64,000 nt of DNA, taken from assembly GCA_051313645.2 (NCBI GenBank), contig JBNRSN020000009.1:216814001-216878000 (forward strand), in the 5' to 3' direction. The notes under the pieces were generated by a model that searched no databases, was not told the DNA's origin, and saw only the letters and a program-made list of their open reading frames with translations. The translations under genes were made by a program, and so were the position numbers. Numbering within the stretch: position 1 is the stretch's first letter; every line of letters begins with the position of its first letter. This document shows positions 9,918-22,780 of this stretch, piece after piece. The DNA is from Centroscyllium fabricii. Taxonomy: Eukaryota.

Positions 9918-12565
9918 GGATGCATTGGTTATCATTTTCCAAAATTCCAGAGCTTCTAGAACGGTTCCCGTGGATTGGAAGGTAGCAAATGTAACCCTGA
10001 CTATTTAAGAAAGGAAGGAGAGAGAAAACGGGGAACTACAGACCAGTTAGCCTGACATCAGTAGTAGGGAAAATGCTAGTATCTATTACTAAGGACGTGG
10101 TAACAGGGCACTTAGAAAATAGAAAATGCTGGAAACACTCAGGTCAGGTAGCATCGTGGAGAGAGAAACAGAGTTAACGTGACCCTTTGTTAGAACTGGA
10201 AAAAGTTAGAGAAGTAACAGATTTATAAGCAAGTGCGGGGGTGGGGAAAGGGAGGAAAGAACAAAGGGAAGCTCTGTGATAGGCTGGAAGACAAGATTAA
10301 AAGTCAAAAGGGATAATGGTGCGAGGCAAAAGGAGATGGTAATGGCACAAGTTAAGAAACAAAGGATGACTAGATGAGGTGGAAATGGAAATGGCAGAAT
10401 CAACAGCTGCCATCTGAGAAAGAAATATAGGGGCCGAAGTTGTAGTCTGAAATTGTTGAACTCTGTAGTGTCTAATCGAAAGATGAGGTGCTGTTCCTCG
10501 AGCTTCATTGAACAGTGCAAGAGGCCGAAGACGGAGAGATCAGAGTGGGTGTGGAGCGGAGAATTAAAGTGACAGGTGACCGGAAGCTCAGGGGCATTCT
10601 TGCGGAATGAACGGAGGTGTTCCGCAAAGTGGTCACCCAATCTGTATTTGGTGTCCCCAATGTAGAGGAGACCGCATCGTGAGCAGCGTATACAGTATAC
10701 TAAATTGCAAGAAGTACAAGTAAATCGCTGTTTCACCTGGAAGGGGTGTTTGGGGCCCTGGACAGTGGGAAGGGGGGGAAGTAAAAGGGCAGGTGTTGCA
10801 TCTTCTGCTCTTACACAGGAAGGTGCCGGACAAAGGGGAAGGGTGTTGGGGGTGATAGAGGAGTGGACCAGGGTGCTGCAGAGGAAGCAGTCCCTTTGGA
10901 ATGCTGACAGGGGAGGGTTGGAGAAGATGTGTTTGGTGGTGGGATCACGCTGGAGGTGGTAGAAATGGCGGAGGATGATCCGTTGAATGTGGAGGCTGGT
11001 GGGGTGAAAGGGGAGGACAAGGTGAACCCTATCGTGGTTCCGGGAGGGGAAGGGATGAGAGCAGAAGTGTGGGAAATGGAACAGACATGGTTGAGGGCCG
11101 TGTCAACCACGGTAGAGGGGAATCCTCGGTTGAGGAAAAAGGAAGACATTTCGGAAGTACAAGTATGGAAGGTGGCACCGTCAGAACAGACGCAGTGGAG
11201 ACGGAGAATGGAATAGAATTCTTACAGGAAGCGGGCTATTTGTTATTTCAGCTTTCCAGCATCCGCAGTAATTTGCTTTTGACTTAGAAAATAATAGGAT
11301 TGGGCAGAGTCAACACGGATTTATGAAAGGAAAATCGTGTTTGTCGAATCTGTTTTTTGAGGTTGTAACTAACAATAGGTAAAGGGGAACCAGTGGATGT
11401 GGTGTATTTGGATTTTCAGAAGGCATTGGATAAGGTGCCATGCAAGAGGTTATTAAACAAAATTAGGGCTCATGGGATTGGGGGGGTAATACACCAGCAT
11501 GGGTTGAGGATTGGTTAACGGACAGAAAACAGAGTAGGAATAAACAGGTCATTTTCCGGTTGGCAGACTAACTAGTGGGGAACCGCAAGGATCAGTGTTT
11601 GGGCCTCAGCTATTCACAATCTACAATGATTTGGATGAGGGGACCAAATGTAATATATCCAAATTTGCTGATGATACAAAGCTGGGTGGGAATGTAAGTT
11701 GTGAGGAGGATGCAAAGAGGCTGTAAGGGGATATAGACAGGCTAAGTGAGTGGGCAAGAACATGGCAAATTGAATATAATGTGGAGAAATGTGAAGTTAT
11801 CCACTTTGGTAGGAAAAATAGAAAGGTGAATATTTTTTTAACGGAGAGAGATTGGGAAATGTTGGTGTTCAGAGGGACCCAGGTGTCCTTGAACATGAAT
11901 CACTGAACGTTAACATGCAGGTACAGTAAGCAATTAGGAAAGCAAATGGTATGTTGGCCTTTATTACAAGAGGATTTGAGTATAAGGTGTCTTACTGCAA
12001 TTATATAGGGTCCTGGTGAGACCACACCTGGAGTATTGTGTACAGTTTTGGTCTCCTTTCTGAAGGCTATACTTGCCATAGAGGGAGTGCAACAAAGGTT
12101 CACCAGGACTGATTCCTGGGATGGGGGGATTGTCCTGTGAGGAGAGATTGAGTAGACTAGGTCTATATTCTCTGGAGTTTAGAAGAATGCGAGGTGATCT
12201 CATTGAAACATAGAGAATTCTTACAGGGCTTGACAGGGTAGATGCAGGGAGGATGTTCCTTCTGGCTGGGGAGTCTAGAACCAGGGGTCACAGTCTCAGA
12301 ATAAGGGGTCGGCCATTTACGACTGAGATGAGGAGAAATGTCTTCACTCCGAGGGCGGTGAATCTTTGGAATTCTCTACCCCAGAGGGCTGCGGAGGCTC
12401 AGTCGTGAGTATATTCAAGACAGAGATCGACAGAGTTTTGGATATTAAGGGAATCAAGGGATATGGGGATAGTTCAGGAAAGTGGAGATGAGGTAGAAGA
12501 TCAGCCATGATCTTATTGAATGGCGGAGCAGGCTCGAAGGGCCAAATGACCGACTCCTGCTCCTC
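9598..12565 (+). mobile_element. CR1 LINE, degenerate ORF2 RT plus 3' tail, interrupted by a Penelope element
   Basis: Motifs [31 protein letters not shown] and the CR1 tail at 12500-12565; many frameshifts. Confidence 0.9.
10122..11281 (-). mobile_element. Penelope-like element (GIY-YIG endonuclease end), 5'-truncated, with short inverted terminus
   Basis: ORF 10206-10736 FTCTSCNLVYCIRCSRCGLLYIG..RL..H; upstream FLNRGFP; flanked by the repeat acttagaaaata (10110-10121, 11282-11293). Confidence 0.9.
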
Positions 12566-12705
12566 CATCCAAAGGACAGCAGTTCGTACAATACAGCACT
12601 CCCTCAGTACTGCCAGAGAATGCCAATCCGACTAGATTATGAGCTCAAGTGATGGTGCTTGTACGGTTCACAAGGGAGAGAGACTATGCTGCTAATTGAG
12701 CCACT
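12566..12705 (-). mobile_element. DeuSINE 5' piece (continuation of the split SINE)
   Basis: cagcactccctcagtactg and a degenerate tRNA-like head resemble the reverse complement of 58449-58600. Confidence 0.55.
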
Positions 12706-13904
12706 ATTGCACAGGTGGACACACACACACCCTATTAAACAGCATGCCAGTGGCAAGCAATGCCATTGTGTCACCTTTCATTAAGTATAGATTTTTTTTA
12801 CTACCTGTATTGACCACAGCTCCGTGATGACAATATAGTGCAATCAAACCACTTTTCATGCATGTGTTCTGTGAAGGGTTTAAGTGACTGTGAAACAACC
12901 CAGCCCACAAGCTTCCTTGGAATCATGGTGTTGTTTTAGTGAAAGGGGCATGTAATTGGAATAAATTAAGTATTATTCAATGTTATTTTGTATAGATCAG
13001 CTTTAGCCGTAAGCCAGACTGTCACTCTCAATGTTTCACCAGGTTACAACGAACAGTGAAGTTTCTCAGCAAACAGTCTCTCCATTGTTTTATCCACTGA
13101 GTCAAGGCTACAGCAGTGAGCTCACCAACTCCAAGGAGGACTGGTTGGTGCAGTGCCACACGGGTATACAACTGAATCACTGTCCGTTCATCTCCAGGAC
13201 TTGGAGTTCCAATCCAGTCAGGAGAAGGGGTGAAAGCCCCCCCCGCCCCCCACCAATCGATATCTCCGGTATGGAGGAGGGGGAAATGGGGAAGGCAGAG
13301 TGCCTTGATGATAGGGATTCCAGAAGCCTCAAAGACACTCGTGGTTACAGGCTTAAAGACCTAAACATTTCAGCCGTCATTCTCAAGCTCATTAAGGATC
13401 AGAGCCAATTGCAATTTACATCGCGAGGAATGGAAATAACAGGTCGAGGCAGGAAGATGCACGTTTCTAACATTCAGATGGAGATGTAATGTCAGTACAG
13501 AGTAGGGGGAGGGCAGAGCTCCAAAATTACAACAGATGAATCCCCATTACACCTAAACAGGTGTTGTTTTCTGATTTGAAGCAAGTGTTTCAATGACAAC
13601 AATCCAGCTCAATTAGGCCTAAAGTCGTCACCACGGAAACCATGATTGCCAAAGCAAAATAATGCCACATACACTCAGTAATTTACCCACATCTCCAATG
13701 AGCAGTCTGCCACTGCTCTCTTGCTTGGTCAGAGGCCATATCTTTCTAAAGGTTGTCAGCTACTCTCCCGGTAACATGTAGGTAAAATATAAAATCGAGA
13801 CACTTTGACATGACAAACACACGCGCGACATCAGCTCAAGTGATTACCACAATGTATGCCATCATATGATCTGTATGGGCTCAGAAAGAGAAAATGAAGC
13901 TTAC

Positions 13905-14258
13905 CAACGGAGAGGAAGGCCTCTGCTTGTACTGAACCCATTTTGTTGGAGGCCTCGCAGATGTATTGCCCAGAACTTTCCAGCGATGCCATGCGTATGT
14001 AAAGAGAACTCGATCCAGCCCTGGACATGGTGAGGTGAGGGGTATTGGAGCTTGGGCTGCCCACGCCAGATAGTTGAGAGTTTCGAGATTTCGACCGGAG
14101 AATGTGGGAAGGGTGGCTGGTGATTAGTCCGTGGCGATCAAACCAGCGGATGATAGGTGCCGGCTGGCCAGTGGCATTGCAGGTCAGTGTAACAAACTCC
14201 CCTTCAGTCACTCTCAAATTGGTGGGAGGAGAGATAATCAAAGGTTTCGTGCCTCTGT
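13905..14258 (-). CDS. CDON: CDON exon encoding Ig5 (354 nt, phase 1-1)
   Basis: KPLIISPP..VTLTCNATGQP..RWFDRHGLITSHPSHILRSKSR..YICEASN; the GLITSHPS..LRSKSR insert is diagnostic of CDON Ig5 (BOC has four Ig domains); acceptor ttctacag, donor gtaagc. Confidence 0.96.
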
Positions 14259-14344
14259 CTGTAGAAAGGAATAAATCTGGAGTCACTCACTAAAATAAAT
14301 GATTTTTGAATAAACACGAATTTCATACATTAGCACAATTAGCC

Positions 14345-15012
14345 TTTGGAATATTGCTGCTCAACCCCGAAAGAAATTTAACTGGGCCAGCCACATAAAT
14401 ACTGAGGCAACTAGAGCAGGTCAGAGGCTGGGTATTCTGCAGCGAGTGTCTCACCTCCTGACTCCCCAAAGTCTTTCCACCATCTACAAGGCACAAGTAA
14501 GGAGTGTGATGGAATACTCTCCACTTGCCTGGATGAGTGCAGTTCCAACAACACTCAAGAAGCTCGACACCAGGCCGCTTGATTGGCACCTCATCCACCA
14601 CCTTAAACATTCACTCCCCCCACCACCGGCGTACCGTGGCTGCAGTGTGTACCATCTACAAGATGCACTGCAACAAATCACCAAGGCTTCTTCGGCAGCA
14701 CCTCCTAAACCCGCAACCTCTACTGCCTAGAAGGACAAGGGCAGCAGGCGCATGGGAACATCACCACCTCCAAGTTCCCCTCCAAGTCACACACCATCCT
14801 GACTTGGAGGTATATCACCGTTCCTTCATCGTAGCTGGGTCAGAATACTGAAACATCCTCCCTAACAGCACTGTGGGAGTACCTTCACCACACAGACTGC
14901 AGCAGTTCAAGAAAGTGGCTAACCACCACTTTCTCAAGGGCAATTTGGGATGGGCAATAAATGCTGGCCTTGCCAGCGACGCCCACATCTCATGAATGAA
15001 ATTTAAAAAAAA
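14345..15012 (+). mobile_element. LINE (CR1/L2 group) 3' fragment with A-rich tail
   Basis: LSTIYKAQVRSVMEYSPLAW RT C-terminal peptide; tail gggcaataaatgctggccttgccagcgac...aaaa; same tail inverted at 51662-51790. Confidence 0.8.
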
Positions 15013-16009
15013 GACCTGCCATTTAACACAATAATCCCACTACAGAAACAAGTTGCTGTTCCTTTCTGCCCAGTGCTCCCCAAATCGGCACGCTGAATAA
15101 TCTCATTACCTGTGGTCACTGGCCTCTGTTCCTTGTGCTACCTAGACCACAAACTGCCAATGCCACTCTCCCTACCCTCGTTGCCTGCAGATTTTGGGCA
15201 CGCCCTCACTCATTTTAACCATACAACAAATCTCAGAAAAAGCTCCCGTACGTCTTGCAGTGTCAGTGACTATGTATTAATTGCATTTTTCTTCAATAAT
15301 ATCAAGTTGGAAGTTGGACACAGGTAACAGACTCCCTGCTTTCCCTTTGTTAATTTTCTTTTCACAACTTTCTCCCTTTTGTCGAGGTACTGATGGATGT
15401 GCTATCTCACCAAAGTGGTTATTCCTTATGTGTGAGCCTAGACAGTGAAGGGGACAATTTGACCATGGTGGGAGGGGATGGGAGACAACCGCCAAGCCCG
15501 ATTCGAAAGGCCAGAGACCGACTTTCCAGTAGTAGTAGCAGAAACCCAGTGAATTTCCACCCCCCCCCCCTACCTAAATCATGGATTCCAAGGCCAATTG
15601 TAGCACGCCCTACTGTCATTCCAGCAGAGACGCACAAACTCAGCACAGACCGGGAATTGACCCTGGGACCTTTCTCGTCTGCGACTCAGTATTATACAAG
15701 GCAGTGCCTGCAATCGCAGAGCCACTGGGTAAGCTCTATTTTATCATTAACAAAGTGTATGAGGATGCATCAAAGATTTTACAAAGCAGGAGCAAATGGC
15801 AAAAAGGGAAACAAAGGTGAATTAGAGGTGGGAGCATAGTTTTAAGGCAATAACACCTTGCAGGGCTTTTAAAAGGAAGACTTTTGGAGGTGGTGGCAGT
15901 TGGAGAGACGGAAGTGCTGAAAATGAGTTTTTTGAAGAGGGGCTAATAATGGTGGTCTTGTCGGAGGTAGAAACAGTGCCAGAGGACAGAATGAACAAGC
16001 TTGCATTCA

Positions 16010-16290
16010 CTGTTGTAATGTAGGCAAACACGCCAGTCAACGTGCAGAGAGCAACACCTCACAAATCAAACAATCGGTTTTCGTTGGTGGGTGAGGCAAG
16101 AATGTTGGCCAGGGCATCGGGAAAGCTGCCTTCTCCTCTTCTAGGTGGATCCCTCAGTCCAGTATAATACTGAGGGAGTGCTGCATTGTTGGGAGTTGCC
16201 ATCAAACCGAGGCTCCATCCATCCACCTTTCTCAAGTTCATAGTAGTGATTTAACCCATAACCTTTTGGGCAAGAGGTGAATGCTACCAT
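16010..16290. mobile_element. DeuSINE remnant with internal inversion
   Basis: Minus-oriented core and head flank a plus-oriented tactgagggagtgctgca...aaaccgaggc segment. Confidence 0.5.
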
Positions 16291-16552
16291 CTGAGCCAAA
16301 CTGACAAGATGATAATGTCAGCTAGCTTGGGGCAGCAGAGGTAAATTTTCAGGACAACACCAATTCAAATCTTGGCCAGATACCAGGTATGCACAGGCCA
16401 TCTCTTTTATGTGTTGCTGATCTAATGTGCGGAATGGTCATATATAGATTCTTATTTTAAAATATATTACGCAATTCAGACTGATAATAATGAGCTTGAC
16501 GTCTGTGGTGGGAGAGGGTGGAAGAAACCTTCTCTGTTAAGCTGCTGTGTAC

Positions 16553-16822
16553 CTGATTGGACCATGAGCCTAGCTGACGATTGCATAGAACCAATCCCAT
16601 TTTCCACCATGCATTGATACATCCCAGCATCCTCAGCACCGAGTCCCACAATCTTCAGTCTGTTCCCAGAGACCAAGTGTCGAAGGTCAGCTTGGACAGT
16701 GGCTGCGTTGTGGTACCAGGTGATATTGGGCCGCGGATTTCCGCGAGAATCGCAAGTTAAACGTGCTGTGGATCCCACGGACAGAGTCAGCTCTCGCAGC
16801 CCTTTGACGATTGTAGCAGGTT
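16553..16822 (-). CDS. CDON: CDON exon encoding Ig4 (270 nt, phase 1-1)
   Basis: EPATIVKGL..LTCDSRGNPRPNITWYHNA..DAGMYQCMVENGIGSMQSSARL; acceptor tttttgtag, donor gtacac. Confidence 0.95.
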
Positions 16823-18029
16823 CTACAAAAAGAAAGTAAAATAACTTTACATTCAAGTAGATTCTTCTAGCAGAAGTGCTGAATGTAATATCTCTCAGTC
16901 CGGGTCTCGGTGTCAGTGAGTCTCTCTCTGTTGCACCACCCACACACTCTATACTGGCCTGTTCCTGTTCCGCCTGGCTGCTCAGCCCCTGATGCTGTGC
17001 ACTTGCCATGCTGACAGTGCACCCACTTTTTCACTCTGTAGGGTAGAAATCACAATTGGTGCTGTTCTTGTAACACTCACATGCTCGGAGATATTTTATA
17101 TGCAGGTGACCGTAATTTCTACCCTAGTACGTCAGATGGTAAATCTAACTCGGGTGATTACTACCAACCTATAGGACTTTTTAAACAGAAGTTCAGTACT
17201 CAGACAGCCAATGGCACTACCTACAGTGATTTGTCACAAGATGTTGCACCACAAAAATTACTTGCCTTACTTATTGGACAAATAAAAATGGTCTGCATTG
17301 TTGGCACTCTGTGGGCCACAATGAATCCCTGTGATGACCCATCAGGATCCCATGACATATACATCCACGTACACCAAGCCAGGGAATTAAATAGCTTTTA
17401 AAATCACATTTAAATGGGAAATCATCTCGTTCACGACTGCGTGTGTGACCCAAGTTGATAACTACAGAGGTTTTTAGTCAGTCAGCTTACTGTTGTATTT
17501 GGCTTCACCATATTGTACTTCACCTTAAAGTAAAAACGAGGGCAATTTTTTCAAATTTGTGCACCCAATAGGCAACTGTGTGTGCCAGGAGCTCAAATCA
17601 AGAGTTCAGTTGCTCAACCGGTCAAATTCTGCAGAGTTCAGTACTGAGCCATGCAGGAAGCTTTCATCTGCAGTCTGTGCAAAGCCAGCCAGCGAAGGGC
17701 CTCAATGCCCCTATGGGAATATAAACCAGACAGATTCCAGCTCCCGATTGGCCTTCCAGGGCCTCAGCTGGTATGGGGAAGTGGGGGAGGGGGGTGGGGT
17801 GCTGAATGTTGGGTCTGGACAGGATCGGGCACAACTGTGATGCCAAATATCTTTCCAACACTAAACATCAAGGCTCACACATGAAGAATGTCCACTTAAG
17901 ATGAGGTATTGGAGGGGTTAGCTGGCACAGTGGGCTAATATGCCAGTATAAGTCAGCACCCTCAGCAGAGGAGGGAGGAAACTGGAAAAGAGGAAAACAA
18001 AAAAGATATAAATAAAGGAACTCACTCAC

Positions 18030-18317
18030 CATGAACAGTCACTGTGTAGCTTGCAGACACGGGCTCCCCCACTCCATTTTCAGCGATACACAAGTAGCTC
18101 CCAGCATCCATTGCTCCGGCTTGATCGACAACCAGGTTACTGTGAAAGAGTTTCCACCGCTCATTCCTAGACACGTCGATACCATCTTTTAGCCATCGGA
18201 CGCGCGGGGTTGGGACTCCACTTGCTACGAATTCCAGGATCAGAGGACCGTGTTGCATCACCGTTACATTCTGTGGGATTGTGGGGTAGATGACGTGTGC
18301 AGGGTTGGCTGCAGAGC
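18030..18317 (-). CDS. CDON: CDON exon encoding Ig3 (288 nt, phase 1-1)
   Basis: HVIYP..LILEFVASGVPTPRVRWLKDG..DAGSYLCIAENGVG; acceptor ttccccacag, donor gtgagt; in frame with neighbouring exons. Confidence 0.94.
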
Positions 18318-18577
18318 CTGTGGGGAAAGATAGGAAGAAATCACATTGTGCAGTGTCCAACCACCTCGAAACATCTAGGCCAAGTTGCTCATACACATCC
18401 CAACACTCACCATACAGCGGGCATACAAAGAAAGAAAGAGAATGCACGCAAGAGAAATGGGAAGAATGTACAGGAGAAAGCTGCTGCTGATAGGGCAATA
18501 AAGGCGACTGGAGTGCAAGCGAAGGAAGGCTACAGAGAAAGCAAGAGCATAAGCAAGGGAAAGTAAAATGTTGAAGT

Positions 18578-18965
18578 ACGGTGGCACAGTGGTTAGCATT
18601 GTTGCCTCACAGCACTGGAGACCCGGGTTCAAATCCAGCCTCGGGTACTATCTGTGTGGAGTTTGCACATTCTCCCCGTGTCTGCGTGGGTTTCCTCCGG
18701 CTGCTCCGGTTTCCTCCCACAGTCCAAAGATGTGCGGGTTAGGTTGATTGGCCAGGATAAATTGACCCTTAGTGTTAGGGGGCTTGAATATGTGGGGATA
18801 GGGTGGGATATGTGTCAGTGTAGGCTCGATAGGGATCGAGGGATATGGGGAGAGGGCAGGGACGGGGTGCTGGGTTTGGATGATCAGCCATGATCTCATT
18901 GAATGGCGGAGCAGGCTCGAAGGGCCGAATGGCCTACTCCTGCTCCTAGTTTCTATGTTTCTATG
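18578..18965 (+). mobile_element. HE1-type V-SINE, full length
   Basis: tRNA head (A box tggcacagtgg, B box ggttcaaatcc), V domain gtgtggagtttgcacattctccccgtgtctgcgtggg, CR1-derived tail. Confidence 0.92.
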
Positions 18966-20840
18966 AGTGAGGCAAAGTGAAAGAATGGGTGACTAAAAGG
19001 GAAAGAGTGCGCTGTGGAAAAAGAAAGCCAAGGACAACATGGGATAGAAAGTAAAAGAGCACGCAGAGGAACATGAGTAAGCAAGAAAATGGAATTGTGA
19101 GGGAACTTGAGAGAGAGAAACTAATGGAAAGGCTCTGGTACAATTAGAGGGTAGATGTGAGTTTTGAGACAACTTTATAATGAAGTCTCCTTTCAGAAAT
19201 CAGACTGAGGACAAGATCAGATAACATAGCTGTTTATTTGTCAGATGAATAATATAGTGAGATGTAACCATGCTAAAAGAAAAACAAACAGTTATAAAAA
19301 TCAAGATTTAGGCCCTCATTTCCCAAGGTTGCTTTCATCAGGCAAGCTTTAAGTGGTTTTTCAGACACACAGCTGGTTAGAGATTAACTCTGAGGAAGAA
19401 CAAACTTCCGTCTGTTTGGCTTTTTAATCGCCCTTATAATTTGTCCATGTTTTCATCCGAGGAGTGGAGATGATGTCATCCAGCACACAGGGATGGGACA
19501 GTGCTTGTTTCAGGGGTTGTGGGTGCCGGAGATTTGGAGGGGGGGTGGGGAAAACAGTGGGTGCCTGCTCACCTAAACATTAAATTTAAGCGTGCATTTC
19601 AACATCATTTAAAAAGGTGACTGAGGAAGTGGATGCTTTGGCAACATAAGATGTATCTGGTCATGCCAACAAAGCAATTTGAATTGACTTGATTCTGTAA
19701 TTTATCTCATTTAATTTATAAATAGTGAAATGCTTGGCTATCAAGCTGGGTAAAGAGCTTAGAACCAGACAAATTTACAGGGAAATAAAATGGAGTCAGT
19801 CACACTTGTGGGAAAAGAGGACTTTGTGGTCTAACCCTGGCAAACTAAGGCATGCAAGGATGTGGCTGAGCAACACTGGAGTCAGGGTACATGAATATTC
19901 AACAAGCCTCATTTAATATGCAGGAAACATCAGAGGGGTCAGCTCATGTGATGGATGAAAAACATTAGCTCTTTAAAAATAAATGCCACACAGACGAGGA
20001 AAACCCCATCTGTGCCAAGTTCAGCCAGGATAGCAGTGGAGGTGCTACAATGTGCCTTAGTGCCCCAACTGGTGAAAAATGTCACTCCTTATTGCCATTC
20101 ACAGTTGAAAAGTGCATGTGTAGGTGTTGGTGTGGACCCGATCAGGATGTGAGCCCCCACCACAGTTGAATAGCTTGATGCTCTGAGCCCGCGTGAAGAA
20201 TGAACACTTGAAACATGTACTGGAGGGTACAAAACGTACCGCAGCACGAGTCAGCGTCTCCAAGAGCATAGCTGGGAAAACTGGGAAAGGAATGTGCGGA
20301 ATTCCAACATGCCATGTGACTGCAGTCCTGTTTTCCTCATCCTTAGGTTTTGCAGCCAATATCAGTACCAAGCATTCCCAAGTCAGCTTTAGTGCAGGTT
20401 AGAGAGAGTAAAAATCTCCTACTGCTCAATAACGTGCCTTACCCACAACTACAGAATAGCATCTCCCATTGCACTAACTTGACATTTATTTCTCACTCCC
20501 GCCATTATGGTCTTCGAATGAGACTGCCCATTTAATGCTTAATTATGTGTAGTTTGTAATGTGTATTAAGACTGCTCCAGCGTCATTACATGTAGAAGTT
20601 TGTAGAAAGCAGACAGAGACATATTTGTCCCAGCAGTTATGGCTGCATTCAAACCCATAATCCAAAGGTGAAAGGCCAGTACTTAACCCACTGCACCATC
20701 TAGATTCCTTCCCACAATGGCAACAGCACCTACCACACCAAACAGTTCAATATCCTTAACCTTAACCGGGTGCTACAAGGGGCACAGCAATCCCTTTAGC
20801 TGTCTGTATTGGCTGAAACAGCAATGGCAGAGACTGGGTA

Positions 20841-21152
20841 CAGGTTGAAGTTCGTTAATCCGGCACGGGCGGGACCAGGCCCGTACCGGACAAGTGAAAA
20901 TCCCCAACAATTGAAGTTTCGGCGAGCGCATGCGCAGACCATTCAAAATGGCCGTGCGAAAGGCCGGAGGCCAATTTGGGCTCGGGGAGGCTCGCAGCGG
21001 CCAGGCTCGGGGAGGCTCGCAGCGGCCAGGCTCGGCCATTGTGAATGATCTGCGCATGCGCTTGCCGCACAGGGCAGGGCAGTCGGGGATATTATTGCCG
21101 CACGTTCGAAGTTGCTGGTTTTTCGGGTGCCGGATTAACGAACTTCAACCTG
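20841..21152. mobile_element. pogo/Tigger-like MITE with perfect 26-bp TIRs
   Basis: caggttgaagttcgttaatccggcac / gtgccggattaacgaacttcaacctg with TA TSD; lies 35 nt from a CDON donor site. Confidence 0.9.
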
Positions 21153-21187
21153 TACATTGTGAAAATACATCTGGGCTGCACACTTAC

Positions 21188-21331
21188 GCCTAATCAGCAG
21201 CTTATGCCCCGTAGGCTCCATTTTCATTTCGTGCGTGACAGGATTGTACGCTGCACACTTGTAGGTTCCTTTGTCCTGCTGTGTGGCATTGAGCACTTGC
21301 AAGTTTCCAGAGGGAAGGATCAGGTAGTTAT
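21188..21331 (-). CDS. CDON: CDON exon, second half of Ig2 (144 nt)
   Basis: [31 protein letters not shown]; acceptor ttttccag, donor gtaagt. Confidence 0.96.
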
Positions 21332-22433
21332 CTGGAAAACAAGAGCATGTTAAGGAAAATGATTGATGGAACTGGATTAGGGAGCTCCTGAAACTGCAAA
21401 GGGTCAGGGAACAGGGATGCCAGTTCAGGCCCATTGTATTCATAATGTGGCCCAGTTGGTTTCTGACAGACTTGCTCTGGGCCAAAGTATCAAGTCCAAG
21501 TCCAGGCTTTTAGGAGAGCTGATGCATTCCAATAAAAACTTTAATGAAGGTGTTAAAAAGAAAATTCAGTGGATATATTTAATTGCGTTATTGTAAAATG
21601 TGCAATTTTAAAAAAATGTTTCATTTTGTTTAATCCCTCACTTTAGAAATTTCAGTCACTGAGGGGAAAGAATGGTGAATGAAAAAGTTCAGAAATCATT
21701 TTGAGCAATCTGTAATAACCCAATCACAAGGTAATATACCCTCACTATAAAACAGCAGTTGTAGCATATATACTGCGTGACACCTTTAACATTGAAAAGG
21801 CTCATCACAGCAACCCTACATGAGTAACCGGTAATGCAAGGATTTGAGTTTTCAATGAAACGCATGTCCCACAAATTTAACATATTAATAGACTAGGCGA
21901 TTTCCAGTGGTGTTGCACCCAAGAAGCCAAAAGCAATTGTAGACTTCAGATAAAAGTGTGATTAAAGGGCAAGGGATAATTGGAGCAAGGCACGTTGACA
22001 TAACTCAATCTCCATTTTAAAGTCCCATATTCGGTCTTACTTTTACATAATATTTTTATTTTTGTATTAAAATTTATAGTTGAAGAGCAAGACTTCAAGC
22101 AATTTGGGAAGTAGAAAAGTAGAGTTAGTTGGAGCATAAGAATATCTATCCAGCACAGGCTGAAAAGCTGGAGATGCAAAAGTGAGATGTTTTGGTGCCA
22201 CAAGTTTACATAGGCAGCTTTCATTAGAAATGCAGACACAGGAATTTATAATGGAAAAAGATAAAAATGTGACAAAAACCACAGTAACAGGTAACAAGGT
22301 TTTGTACGATGAAAGTGCTTACAAATTTTAAAATATTTTATAAATGAATTACAAATAAGTAACACCTGAATTTATGTAGCACCTTGTCATGTTCGAATAT
22401 CTCAAAAGTGCTTCAGTGAATTATTTTGATCGA

Positions 22434-22780
22434 CAGGTTGAGCACCGGTAATCCGGCACGGGCGGGACCAGGCCCGTGCCGCGAAAGTGAAAAAAACGGC
22501 AGAATGAAGTCGGTCAGTGCGCATGCGCGCACCATTCAAAATGGCCGCGCGCATGCGCACAACGTTGGAAATGGCCGCCGAACGTCCTTGCTGAGTCTCA
22601 GCTGCGGTTTGTGCCGCCTGATGACGGCCTGCAGGCTGCTCCGGGGAACCGCGCGCTTCACCATGGCGGGCGCTCGGGACTCGCACATTTAAAACGCGCC
22701 GTGAGCCGCCGCACCCTGACGCCACGGAAGGCCCGGCTCGTCCGGCGGCCGTTTTGAATGATCTGCGCATGCGCTCGCCG
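22434..22780. mobile_element. pogo/Tigger-like MITE, right end missing
   Basis: Highly similar to 525-857; stops abruptly at gcgctcgccg. Confidence 0.85.

Noticed and set aside
10165-10200. Hammerhead ribozyme in the Penelope terminus
   Set aside because: Core is mutated or deleted (no CUGANGA or GAAA on the minus strand)
1-13904. Next CDON exon (linker and first FNIII)
   Set aside because: No PDAPIILSPP- or YFVKYRK-like sequence found by eye; probably left of the window
18578-18650. tRNA genes (also at 53633 and 58449)
   Set aside because: A/B boxes continue into SINE bodies and LINE-derived tails
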